Part shown: piece by piece, positions 39,175 to 49,948 of the stretch | Layout of the letters: every line of letters starts with the position of its first letter | Numbering within the stretch: the stretch's first letter is position 1 | Assembly: GCA_002245135.1 (NCBI GenBank) | Contig: NGBS01000874.1 | Span: 310,001-366,566 of the forward strand | Length of the DNA: 56,566 bases | DNA from: Proteromonas lacertae | Taxonomy: Eukaryota | Direction: 5' to 3' | Made by a program: the position numbers and the translations under genes | The notes under the pieces: model-generated | Databases searched by the model: none | What the model was told of the DNA's origin: nothing | The model's input: only the letters and a program-made list of their open reading frames with translations

Positions 39175-40056
39175 TTATAATGGATAGGCAAGAGGTGACT
39201 CCATATACATAGTTTCAATAACACCAGGTAATATACATTGTTTTTGATAACCTTCAATACTATCACTTTGTAAATGTAGATTAGGTTTATTATCATTTAT
39301 CAATATAAAATTTGTTGGTATATATTCTGGTGGGTATTGAGAATTATTATAAACTTGTAATGGGAATACTATACAATTACTACCATCATTAGGGTATGAT
39401 TGTATAAGTCTATTATAATAATCACTTAATATAGATTCATTATCATATAACTTTTTTAATAAATGATTATCATCTAGATAAATATCAATCAATTTTATAT
39501 CTGATCTATCATTATAAATTAATTGATGCATATTATAAATTTTGATTCTCATAAAATGAGTGAATAATGTAACTTTAATAGGTATCTGATCTATAATTGA
39601 TGATGTATTATCTGTTCTAGTAACTTTTACAGTCCATGTAGTATTTTGAATACTATAAGCCTGTGTGTTATATATATTTATTAATTTGATATGTTCATAG
39701 AGTGATTTATAATAACCATAACCTTCAGTATAATATAGTTCTTCATCAGTATTATAATCATTGACACCTATAACTTTATTAATATCAGATAGTATATCAT
39801 TTGATTCATCAACTTTATCTTCTATAATTTTTGTTTTTATATTAGTATTATCATTTATTGGTTCATTAATATAGGTTGATATATTATTACTATCTACAGT
39901 TATAATAGGTGCTGGTATTTGTATCTTTTGTGATATTGATGTTGCTAATGATTGAATATCTAGATCAATACTAATATTTTTTGATATCTCACTAGCAATC
40001 TCTTTTGTATCAATATCAATAATATTATTATTATTATTTCTATCACCAATAAACAT
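39175..40056 (-). CDS. Viral hypothetical protein, paralogue 1 (candidate fibre/spike)
   Basis: Probable start MFIGDRN at 40056. The C-terminal domain shares IPIK..F.HFM.IK.Y, YLD.N, YYN.L and FP motifs with the adjacent ORF. Confidence 0.6.
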   Translation of the reverse strand: MFIGDRNNNNNIIDIDTKEIASEISKNISIDLDIQSLATSISQKIQIPAPIITVDSNNISTYINEPINDNTNIKTKIIEDKVDESNDILSDINKVIGVNDYNTDEELYYTEGYGYYKSLYEHIKLINIYNTQAYSIQNTTWTVKVTRTDNTSSIIDQIPIKVTLFTHFMRIKIYNMHQLIYNDRSDIKLIDIYLDDNHLLKKLYDNESILSDYYNRLIQSYPNDGSNCIVFPLQVYNNSQYPPEYIPTNFILINDNKPNLHLQSDSIEGYQKQCILPGVIETMYMESPLAYPL

Positions 40057-40157
40057 AATATGATAAATTACAAATATAAAAAATATAAAATCTATTAAAT
40101 TCCTCAAGAAATTTAAAACTGATTTATATATACGTATTTATTATTATTATTATTATA

Positions 40158-40829
40158 TTAAAAGAATTCTGTTATATTTGTATTCATATAATCTGTGAAG
40201 AATGTCTGTCTTGGTATTGCTAAATAATCTTGATTAGGGTATTGATCAGCTACAATACATAATGTAGGTTGATTATTATTATTATTAACTAATGAATGTT
40301 TTATCTCATAATAAGGTCTATTAGTTAATGTATGATAAGTATCTTTAACATTTGTTGCTCTAATGGGGAATAATTTATTAGAGTATAATCCTAACAGTAT
40401 ATTATAATATTGTTGTAAATATTCATCTCTACCAGGTTCTGCTTTGATGATATCATTTTCATCTAAATATAATTGATAACCTACATATCCACTATAATTA
40501 CATGTAAATCCATCATATAATTTAATCTTCATAAAATGCTCAAACATTTCTATTTTGATTGGTATTTTAGTAATTTTAGTATCCCATACAGGTGATCCAT
40601 TAACTAAATATTTTCTTTTCATAGAATAAAATGTATGTTGTTTATGCAAACAATAAGGCCTTGGTATTATAGTACGAGGTATATCATTTACTACACTATT
40701 TATTGTATTACATACTGTTAGAATTTGATCTTTCACTTCATCTAATTTATCTGTAATATTATTTGTAATATCATCTACTAATTTATCTTAATCTAATACA
40801 TCAACTTTATTTCTATCCCCAATAAACAT
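40158..40829 (-). pseudogene. Viral hypothetical protein, paralogue 2 (candidate fibre/spike), with an in-frame TAA
   Basis: ATG 40829 gives MFIGDRNKVDVLD*DKLVDDITNNITDKLDEVKDQ.., in frame with ORF 40158-40736. TAA at 40788-40790. Confidence 0.6.
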
Positions 40830-40873
40830 TATTTTTATTAATGAATATATATATATTTATATAAAAATATTAT

Positions 40874-41634
40874 TTAAGAAACTTCAGAATGGTCTTCTAT
40901 CATAATATTAAAGTTTGCTCTAAAGACTTTTTTAACATTATCAATATATAAAAAATTGAATTGTGGTTTAGTGACTGCAAGATATAATTTTTTAAATGTT
41001 TCATACTCTGGGATCCATATATTTAATGAATTATATAAATCAAATAGATTTCTATTACTTAACCCATAAAATGTAAGACAATAATCAACTTGTGATCTAG
41101 CTGCTGGTACTATATCTGTTATATATTGACTGCTAATAATAATTTTGATTTTAAATGTCTATTTTCTTTCATCAGTACAGGTATTATTGTTGATGTTTTT
41201 AATTCTAAACTGAGATCATCAAAAATCATAATATGCTCAGCATATGAATAATTGTCTTTATCTACATCATTTATTTCTTTCATCATTTTCTCTACCACAT
41301 TTTCACCTGATTCTGGATCAATGAGTGAATCATATTCATCATAATCAATTTCGTGATAATCGAGTAACTCTTTGATTGAATCATATAACTTGTCTTGTTT
41401 GATAGTTCCCACAAAGAAGTGAACATGTTGTTTCTCTTTATATTTTGGATCCAAGACATGTCTTAATATATTATAGATGAGAGTAGTTTTACCACTATTT
41501 TTACGAGCAACAATAAAAATATTGCAGAATGGCTCATTGAAATAATCATAACCAACTATCTTCTTAGGATTGAAATCTTCACCACCATCTACTGGTTCAA
41601 CTTTTATGTTATTTATTTTTTCAAACTTAAACAT
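40874..41634 (-). CDS. A32-like (FtsK/HerA superfamily) genome-packaging ATPase, 1-nt frameshift
   Basis: Walker A IFIVARKNSGKTT and Walker B HIMIFDD. Adding one A in the run at ~41143 restores RHLKSKIIISSQY..ARSQVDY..FNFLYID, ending at TAA 40874. Confidence 0.9.
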
Positions 41635-41693
41635 ATATATATATAAGTAAAGTAAATAAAAAATAATAGAAATATTAAATTGTAATTAAATTT

Positions 41694-43244
41694 TTAAATC
41701 ACCTTCTCTACACCTCTAGCAGAGATGATTAACATCTTACCTGTTATGATATAGAACTTGTGATGATATGTCTTAGTTGCATTATTTAATACATTAGCTG
41801 TATTAAACTGACTATTACTTGCTTCGAATGTAATTTTTAAATCTCTACTCAAATCTCTACCTACTCTTTGTTTTATATCATCTAATACATCAGTCCCAAA
41901 ATTTAATATATCGAAATAATGTTTAAAGAAATCATTATATGTATGGCATCTTTCATAAAATGTACCTTTAATAATAGGATATAATTTTTCATATGTTTCT
42001 AAATTTCTTACATAAAGATAATCTGGCGTACATGGTGTATCATTTATTTGCCATTTAACTCTATCTTCATTTGTATCAAAAGGAACTATTTGCCTATTCC
42101 AACTTTCATTTTCATAACAACGATATATTATATATTTCACATATGGTCCTATGCTACTATTAATAGTAAAATTGTAATTGAATTTATTATCACCTTGAAT
42201 ACTATCTTTTACTAACTGAACTATATTAAAATCAGTGAAATCTATTCCATGATGAGTAACATAATTAATTGTATTTGCATTACACTGAGTACTTTTGTTG
42301 TAAGCAATATATAACTTAGGATTTCTTATATTCACTTTTAAATATTTACTTACTACATCTTGAATTATTTTTTCATTATGTTCTTCTGCATCATTATTCA
42401 TATGCGCAGGATTTTTACTTGTATTTATAATCCAATTATTTATTCCATTAAAGGTTATTGAAACATAAATTGTTTCACCAAAATATATATCACTTTTACA
42501 TGATAATATAGTATTAAATAAATCACCAAAATGAAAACAGCAATGTTTATTAATAGACAATTCTCTTGCATTTGCACCAGCAACAGCATTTGTAGGAATA
42601 AGTTCAACATTCTTTGCAAATACACCATAAGTAGGGTGTACGTTATTGTTATTACCATAGGTGCATAATAATAGATCAGTTAATTCATTTGATCTTCCTG
42701 CATATAAACCATCTACTGATACATGACATCCATCAAACACTTCTAAATGATATTCAGTTGATTTAAGATCATCTGGATAATGATAAGCTAATTGATGCAT
42801 TAAGTCTCTATATTCATTATAACTTTCGTCTATATCACATAATACAGTTCCTGTTTTATTATATACTTTAACTGAATTAAAATTCATTGTATTTCTTAAT
42901 CTAATAGCCCATGCATCATTAAGGTTTAATAATGCTATATTCGCTAGCATATCATTATTTAGTACAGGTTTTATTGTCCAAGGATTATTAGCAATATCTG
43001 TAAAATCTGCTGTATAAACTTGAGGCTCAATGTGTAATGTAAAATCAAGATATGATTTTGCTAAGTTCATACAGCTATCTGGTGATAACTCAAATGTTAT
43101 AGTATCAGTTGATGCTGTGTAACTTAAATTCACTACATCTCTTGTTTGGTTTGGTGTAATAGGGATGTAAACATAATCAGGTATTAATGTTGGTACGACA
43201 GTATTATGCACTTGTGTTTGAGGTATTGTTGTTATGCTACTCAT
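41694..43244 (-). CDS. Major capsid protein (double jelly-roll, Polinton/PLV type)
   Basis: Intact 516-aa beta-rich ORF between the penton and the ATPase. N-terminal ITFELSPDSCMNLAKSYLDFTLHI and FNSVKVY..DIDESYNEY resemble Polinton/PLV MCP motifs. Call rests on motif resemblance and synteny. Confidence 0.78.
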   Translation of the reverse strand: MSSITTIPQTQVHNTVVPTLIPDYVYIPITPNQTRDVVNLSYTASTDTITFELSPDSCMNLAKSYLDFTLHIEPQVYTADFTDIANNPWTIKPVLNNDMLANIALLNLNDAWAIRLRNTMNFNSVKVYNKTGTVLCDIDESYNEYRDLMHQLAYHYPDDLKSTEYHLEVFDGCHVSVDGLYAGRSNELTDLLLCTYGNNNNVHPTYGVFAKNVELIPTNAVAGANARELSINKHCCFHFGDLFNTILSCKSDIYFGETIYVSITFNGINNWIINTSKNPAHMNNDAEEHNEKIIQDVVSKYLKVNIRNPKLYIAYNKSTQCNANTINYVTHHGIDFTDFNIVQLVKDSIQGDNKFNYNFTINSSIGPYVKYIIYRCYENESWNRQIVPFDTNEDRVKWQINDTPCTPDYLYVRNLETYEKLYPIIKGTFYERCHTYNDFFKHYFDILNFGTDVLDDIKQRVGRDLSRDLKITFEASNSQFNTANVLNNATKTYHHKFYIITGKMLIISARGVEKVI

Positions 43245-43333
43245 TTATATGTATATATGTACGTATGTATATTTTTGGTAAGAAAAATGTTAATACACTC
43301 AAAAAATAAAATTTAATATATATATATAAGTAT

Positions 43334-44302
43334 TTAATAAAGTATTATTTCAAATTGAAATGATATATTAGTTATATCTATAGCAAAACCATCTTCATTT
43401 GATAAGTTAATTTTCATTTTTTGATAATCATGAAATTGCATTTTTTTAGTTGACCAATCTATCTGTGGGTTAACCCATGTTATATTTGTATTTGATATAT
43501 CAGTTACTGGTATATTTGCTAAAACATTTGAATTATCACTATTATTAACCCAACTACTTCTTACTTGAATTACATTACACCATATAAGTGATGGTGTTAA
43601 TAAAAATTTATGATCATAGTATTGTTCTTTTGTGCCCCAACTAAGTGATGGATTACTATTTAATATAATTAATTCATCATCTATTACATTACTACCTAAT
43701 AACCTACCAAATAGGTTAGGCATTCGCATTTTTATTTTTGTTAGTAAATAATTACCAAAGTGAGTATATATTGCACAATATAATTTTAATCTATTCGTAG
43801 TCTTATCATACCAGTCAAATAACTTATCTCCCGCTTGAGGATGTAAGAAATAATTAAAACGTTCATCTTCATCTCTTTCTTTTACAGGCACAATATTTTC
43901 ATGTACTGCTACGCTAAATCTTAATTCAGTTAACATACTCTTTGTTAAATAACTTAAAAACTCTTCACCACTATAATGATTTTGTGGTATCTTTATCTCT
44001 AATGTATTAAATTTTGGTCCGCTTAATATTACACTTGGATCATTCAAGGGTTTTATAGGATCATTTACATGAAAATATTCTATATCAAAACATACTTTTT
44101 CATTAACATCATTTTGAATAGTGTATATGTTATTGTTTGATATTCTTGCTATGTTTAACGTAATATATTGATGCTGTTCAGTTATCACAGGTGTTGATAA
44201 ACATTTAGTATATATATCTGACTCTGATTCAATAATATCAGTTGATGATAAAAAAATTGATCTTCTATGACCTAATTTATTATTATCACTCTTAGGTTGC
44301 AT
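43334..44302 (-). CDS. Minor capsid protein (penton, single jelly-roll)
   Basis: SIFLSSTD at the N-terminus, IKIPQNHYSGEEFLSYL, IQVRSS..NVLANIPV, and C-terminal MKINLSNEDGFAIDITNISFQFEI match the penton pattern of PLVs and virophages. Confidence 0.8.
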   Translation of the reverse strand: MQPKSDNNKLGHRRSIFLSSTDIIESESDIYTKCLSTPVITEQHQYITLNIARISNNNIYTIQNDVNEKVCFDIEYFHVNDPIKPLNDPSVILSGPKFNTLEIKIPQNHYSGEEFLSYLTKSMLTELRFSVAVHENIVPVKERDEDERFNYFLHPQAGDKLFDWYDKTTNRLKLYCAIYTHFGNYLLTKIKMRMPNLFGRLLGSNVIDDELIILNSNPSLSWGTKEQYYDHKFLLTPSLIWCNVIQVRSSWVNNSDNSNVLANIPVTDISNTNITWVNPQIDWSTKKMQFHDYQKMKINLSNEDGFAIDITNISFQFEIILY

Positions 44303-44378
44303 TATATATATATATATATATATATGTGAATGTATAAGAATTAATTAAATAAATAGTTATTTCATTTTTTCTCACATA

Positions 44379-47338
44379 ATGAACAACCGTAATAGAATAC
44401 GTAGAGATTTATTAAATTTTGATGATGATGAAGGTACAACAGTAGATAATACAAATAGCGATAGTAGTAGTAATAATTCTAGCAATAATGCTGTTAATAA
44501 TAATTCTACTAATAGTAATAATGATAATGATGATGATGATGAAACAGAAGAAGATACTGATTCTGATAATATAAGTAATGCAGATGATGATGAACGTCTT
44601 ACTAATAGAGATTTTGAAGATATCATTTATGATAATGCTAAAAAATTAGCAAGGTTTAGGTTAGATGAAATAATTGATAAAAGACTTATACCAGTAGGAT
44701 GGCCTGATCATGAGTTTAATAGAATTTATAATTTATATGATGTGCATATGAAGTTGTTTAATTGGGGTAAATCATTATATCAACACGGTCCATTTTCAAG
44801 AAATAAACCATTGCATCAATACAGCTATGAATCAAATAACGATGTTAAAATAATAATTGATAGATTAAATAAAGCAATTGATGAATTATGTATTGCTTCA
44901 AATTATATACCTAGGAATAATCCATTTGTTGTGCTTCATCCTAAAGAAAGATTGAATGTTGTCAAATTAGAAAATAAAAGAATAAGAAAAATACAAAAAG
45001 AGACAAAGGATCATACTCATCCATTTAATGAAGAAGATGATAAAGATATATATGATAATAATAATTATGAAGCAAATACATCAGCACCAGCAAATTCGTC
45101 ACGTAATGTTGTAGCACGTCAATCAGTTCAACCACATGCACAACAACAGCAATCACAAGATAATAATAATGATGATAATGATGATGAAGAAGATGATAAT
45201 GATTTACCTGATGATCCTTATGAAGATGATCAAGGTAAATTTTTACCTTTAGAAGATAATTCTATTCATGCTCAAACAATTCAAGTATATAGTTCAAATG
45301 CAATAAATAAGATAAGAATTTTTATAAATAAGTTACTGAAAACAAAATTTTGGTATATAACAAATCAACAAGAAAGAACTGCATTTTCAATAGCTGTATT
45401 AATATATAATTGTGTAACAGAATTATTTTACTTAAGCAAATATAGATTACCTAGTTTAAGAGATGGGCATACATATCCTGAACCTGCTGATTATGATAAA
45501 AGAAATATAATGAGTTTACCCTCATCTATTTCTAATGGATATCGAATGAATTATATAGCAACAATTCAAAAAATATTAGAGTCAAATAATATAAGGGAAG
45601 GTCAAAGATACACAAATCATTATGCAGATGCAATTATGTTCAATATGAATAGATTAGCTCAAAAGAAGAAATTTATTAGTTCTTATCCACCACTATTACC
45701 AGTAGAAGAAGCATTATCTAGAGATTATAAAGGAAGATATCAAGTTAGAAATCCTAATAGAGGTAATGTAAATGTAAATTTTAGAAATAATGTTCCTCAA
45801 CAACAACAACAGCAAGAAGAAGAAGAAGAAGAATTATCTCCATTATCATTTCAAGATAATCAATCACAAAATAGTTTTGATGATAATGATGATTCATACA
45901 ATCTTAGTTATGATGATGATAATATAGCACAACCACCGCCTATTGTTTCAAGTGATTATAATAATGATTCACCAAGAGAGGTATCACCAGTATATTCACC
46001 AATAACACCACCATTAGCTCCTCAACCTCAACCACGTCAACAACCATTACCACCATATCTTCCTCCATCATCAAATTATCATCCACCTCCTCCTCCTCCC
46101 ACCTCCTCCACCACCATCAAATCATCCACCACCGCAACCACCACCATCATCACAAGTTCCTAATATAGTTCATCATTTTAGATTAAATGGTACAACAAAT
46201 CAAGTTCCTTATACATCTGTTTTTGCAAATCAGAATAATAATAATAATAGTGATGATAATAATGATGATGATGATGAAGAAGAAGCTACTGATACAGATA
46301 TTAGTGTTAATGATAATGATGAAGGTAGTGATACAGATGTTTCTGAAACAGAATGGAATGATGATTATATTTTCCATTCACTTAAATTTAACATATGATC
46401 CAAATAATAGTAATAATATAAATTATACAAAAATTGCTGATTTAAAACCTCCTACATTTGTTTTATATAGATTTAATGATGAAGATCCTAATGTAGTAAA
46501 TAAACCTAAAAGGAATGTAAGAGCATTTACTCTGAAAGAATTATTACGTTATTATGCAATAGATTTATTTACTAAAGTAACTTATATATATGATATACAA
46601 GGCTATATGAATAATAAATTTAAAAAAGAAAAGATTGTAATAGTAAAAGATAATGTTCCTTATGATAATTTTAAAGAATATGTAAAAAAATTCAAAGTTC
46701 AATTACCAATTACTACACCAAATATATATCCCTTTTATACATTAGATAAAAAATCAACTATGCTAAGATTTTACGGTTATGACTATTATAATAATATTTA
46801 TACTGAATGTCAATTAAGATTCTTTAATAATAATTTAGCTAAAGCTAAAGAAGATTTATATTTGAGATGTCCTTTAATTAATATAATTGATGATGATGAA
46901 GCAATAGAAAGAGAAGTTTTATTTCCTAAACGATATAGAGTAAATTGGGGTGAACAACCTGGTCAATCTGAAGAAGAAAAAAGAATTATATGTGGAACCT
47001 TAAGTATTATTCCCAATTATTATGAAAATGATCAAGAATGGTATATTTTAGATGATTGTCAAACACAAATAAATGATTATTTATTAGATATGCCTAATGA
47101 TGGTATTTATAAATATTATAACTATCCATTTCTATGTAAATTTAATGATAAAGTTGTAGTTGTTATACATAGATCACTTAAAAAATTCGTATATATTTAT
47201 AATGAAGTAAGACATCCTGAGCGTGTAACAGATAATGATAATGTATTAGCTCATACTGAATTATATGGTAATGGTAAAAGAAGAAGAGATCATTCGTTAC
47301 ATAACGGCTATATATATAAAAAAAGCAAATATTTTTAG
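44379..47338 (+). CDS. Large viral hypothetical protein (~985 aa if two frameshifts are corrected), Asp/Asn/Pro-rich tracts between globular segments
   Basis: ORFs 44379-46163 and 46187-47338 are bridged by a third-frame segment (..PPPSSQVPNIVHH..DDDDEEEATDTD..). No introns. No recognisable catalytic motif. Confidence 0.55.
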
Positions 47339-47369
47339 TTTCAATTTTCCAGTTCAAAATAGCTTAAAA

Positions 47370-47777
47370 ATGTATATTTTCGATAAAAAGTATAAGTATT
47401 TTATTAAAATATGTTCAAAAGAGCAATTCAATAATATTCTTGATCAAGTAGATAATTTGCTCTGTGAAGCTAGTAATTATTATGATTTTTGGGAATATCA
47501 ATCAGTTTTTAAGAGAGAAGAAGTTAGAGAGATAGTAAGAAAGGCTTGGAAGAAATTACAAATTTGTAGAACTGTGAATGATGAAAGACATTTTATAGAT
47601 TCAAATAGAATTACATCATTAGAAGAAACATATCTACGTTTAGAGGTTAAGATGAAAACAAATGATGCATGGCATTCTATAATTGGTTATCATTGGGATA
47701 GTGATCAACCTGGCTATATAGAAGAACAGAAGTTTTTAAAAACAAAATCAACATGTATAGATAATAATAATAATTAA
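47370..47777 (+). CDS. Viral hypothetical protein (~135 aa)
   Basis: ATG at 47370 (MYIFDKKYK..) lies within ORF 47265-47777, just after the previous stop, and converges on the protease gene. Confidence 0.5.
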   Translation: MYIFDKKYKYFIKICSKEQFNNILDQVDNLLCEASNYYDFWEYQSVFKREEVREIVRKAWKKLQICRTVNDERHFIDSNRITSLEETYLRLEVKMKTNDAWHSIIGYHWDSDQPGYIEEQKFLKTKSTCIDNNNN

Positions 47778-47793
47778 TATATATATAAAATAA

Positions 47794-48360
47794 TTATATC
47801 ATCTTAAATTTATTTTGTAATAGTCTTGCTTTAGCTTCACCTTCAATTGTATTAAAATTAGTAGCTTCTTTAAATGAATTATTATATTCTATCACTGATA
47901 TTAAAAATAGAATTGCATGATAGCCACATCTTGCACTATCAACTCTTTGATGTTTCACTCTATTAATTTTTATTTGATATAATTCATCAGGGTATTTCTT
48001 ACAGCTTTGCATTCTCTTATAAAACTTTTTTATTTCTTTTGGTTGCTCACCAAAACTATCATAATATAATATCTCTCTTTTGTCATTATCAATAATTAAA
48101 CTAACCCAATGACCAATTTTCGATCTCTTATCAGTTGTTTTATTTGTGCTTAATATAACACACCACTTATTACAATCTTTATATTTATCTATATATTGTT
48201 TTTCATTCCACAAATATACACCTTTAAAATACTTGTTAGTTTTAGGAAAGAATCTCTTTATGATTTTAATTATATCATGATTTGATATAGCATCTATTTT
48301 AATATCATCACTAATATATGAAGTATTACCAGCACTATAATCATTATAGAATAATCTCAT
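47794..48360 (-). CDS. Adenain/Ulp1-like (clan CE) virion maturation cysteine protease
   Basis: GHWVSL (His), YYDSFG (Asp), HQRVDSARCGYH (Gln and Cys) occur in adenain order. Intact 188 aa. Confidence 0.92.
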   Translation of the reverse strand: MRLFYNDYSAGNTSYISDDIKIDAISNHDIIKIIKRFFPKTNKYFKGVYLWNEKQYIDKYKDCNKWCVILSTNKTTDKRSKIGHWVSLIIDNDKREILYYDSFGEQPKEIKKFYKRMQSCKKYPDELYQIKINRVKHQRVDSARCGYHAILFLISVIEYNNSFKEATNFNTIEGEAKARLLQNKFKMI

Positions 48361-48442
48361 ATTTTTAATATATTTAAGAATTTAATTAATGATTATTCAT
48401 TTAAAGAATTCTTAACGTATATATATATATTTATATATAACA

Positions 48443-49225
48443 ATGGGTAAATTTAAAGATTGGTTAAAAAAATCAAAAATTCTATCAAATGCAGCTAAGT
48501 TAATACCTTTTGCTGGACCAGCAATTGGTGATAGTATTGAGAATATGGGTTATGGTAGACGTAGAAGAAGAAGAACAGTTAGAAGAACAAGAAGAAGTAG
48601 TGTAAGAAGAAGATGTCCTTTAAGAAGAAGAAAGACAAGTGCTATTACTTTAACTTGTAATTGCATAAAGGTTAAACAAGGAAGAAGAAAAGCTAGAAAA
48701 ACAAGAAGAACTAGAAGACATAGATTTACTAGTGATGGTAGATTAATTAGATCAGCAGGTTTAGGTAGCTGGTTAAAAAAAGGAATAACAAAAGTTAAAG
48801 ATTTTGTGACTTCTGACAAATTTAAAAATGGTATTGAAAAAGCAAAAGAGATTAACAGCACATTGAGAGAGAAGAAGTATATAAGCAATATAGCAAGAAA
48901 AGCTCGTAATGTTGCTAATACATTAGGTTTTGATAAAGTTGCTGATGTTGCTGATAAAGTATATAATACATCATCTAAATTCGGTTATGGTAAACAAAGA
49001 GTTAAAGGTGGTTTAAGATATAAACAAAATGGTGCTGGTTTAAGAAAACTAATTGCAAGAAGAATGCCAGTTAGTAATGGTGCAGGTAAGAGAAGAAAAC
49101 TAATTGCAAGAAGTTTGCCAGTTAATAATGGTTTAACAAAACCATGTGGATTTAATAAAAAAGGTATTTATAATCCACAAGTTGATTTAGAAATTTTTTT
49201 AGCATACAGTGTTAAACATAAATAA
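48443..49225 (+). CDS. Arg/Lys-rich candidate virion core protein with repeated GxG/GG motifs
   Basis: Protamine-like RRRRRRTVRRTRRSSVRRR. Motifs MGYG, SAGLG, FGYG, KGG, NGAG x2. Divergent from the protease gene. Confidence 0.65.
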   Translation: MGKFKDWLKKSKILSNAAKLIPFAGPAIGDSIENMGYGRRRRRRTVRRTRRSSVRRRCPLRRRKTSAITLTCNCIKVKQGRRKARKTRRTRRHRFTSDGRLIRSAGLGSWLKKGITKVKDFVTSDKFKNGIEKAKEINSTLREKKYISNIARKARNVANTLGFDKVADVADKVYNTSSKFGYGKQRVKGGLRYKQNGAGLRKLIARRMPVSNGAGKRRKLIARSLPVNNGLTKPCGFNKKGIYNPQVDLEIFLAYSVKHK

Positions 49226-49303
49226 TAAAAAATTAAAAATATTATTCATTCATAAAATTCTTATATAATTTATATATATATATATATATATATATTATAA
49301 AAA

Positions 49304-49873
49304 ATGAATAGTAATAAAAATCAAAAAGTAAAAATTACACGTGATTATTATCATAGTGATTCATCTGATGAAGATGATTATAATACACCATTAGCACAAG
49401 ATATGAGTAAGACTGATAGAGAGATTGCAGAGTTATTATATAGGTTAAATAAAAATGAAGATGAATTGGTAAATGATAAATCTGAGTTTAATGAACTAGA
49501 TGACATTGATAATAAAAATTATATACCAACAAGGCAATCAGTCAAAAAGAATATAAAATTAAGTGAAGAAGCTAGATTACAAAGAATTAAAAACTTAGAG
49601 AAAGCTAGAGCAACAAGAATGAAAAATTTATATGAGAAGAGAAGGAGAGAAAAAGCATTAGATAATTTGAATATTAAAGAGGTTGAAAAGGATTTAGATG
49701 TTGATGAGACATGTACTCTTGATACAATTAAAAAACCTGTTAATAAAAAGAAATGCATTAAAGTACCTGGTAGTGATGATCCATTTAGTATAGGTGATAA
49801 AAAAGATGGTTTAGAACCAGTTCCAGAAGATGCTAAGATGCCTGGTGATGATGCAATATTACCAATATATTAA
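49304..49873 (+). CDS. Viral hypothetical protein, charged/coiled-coil
   Basis: Intact 189-aa ORF preceded by a (TA)n tract. Helical segment RLQRIKNLEKARATRMKNL. Confidence 0.6.
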   Translation: MNSNKNQKVKITRDYYHSDSSDEDDYNTPLAQDMSKTDREIAELLYRLNKNEDELVNDKSEFNELDDIDNKNYIPTRQSVKKNIKLSEEARLQRIKNLEKARATRMKNLYEKRRREKALDNLNIKEVEKDLDVDETCTLDTIKKPVNKKKCIKVPGSDDPFSIGDKKDGLEPVPEDAKMPGDDAILPIY

Positions 49874-49948
49874 TTTATTATAATATTTTTTATTATATGT
49901 TTTCTTAGTGGTTTTATATATATATATATACATATATACATATATAAT

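Noticed and set aside
46183..46377. Hydrophobic ORF 46183-46377(-) and the IIIIIVMIIMMMM start of ORF 46187 as membrane segments
   Set aside because: Out-of-frame or antisense readings of AAT/GAT (Asn/Asp) triplet runs.
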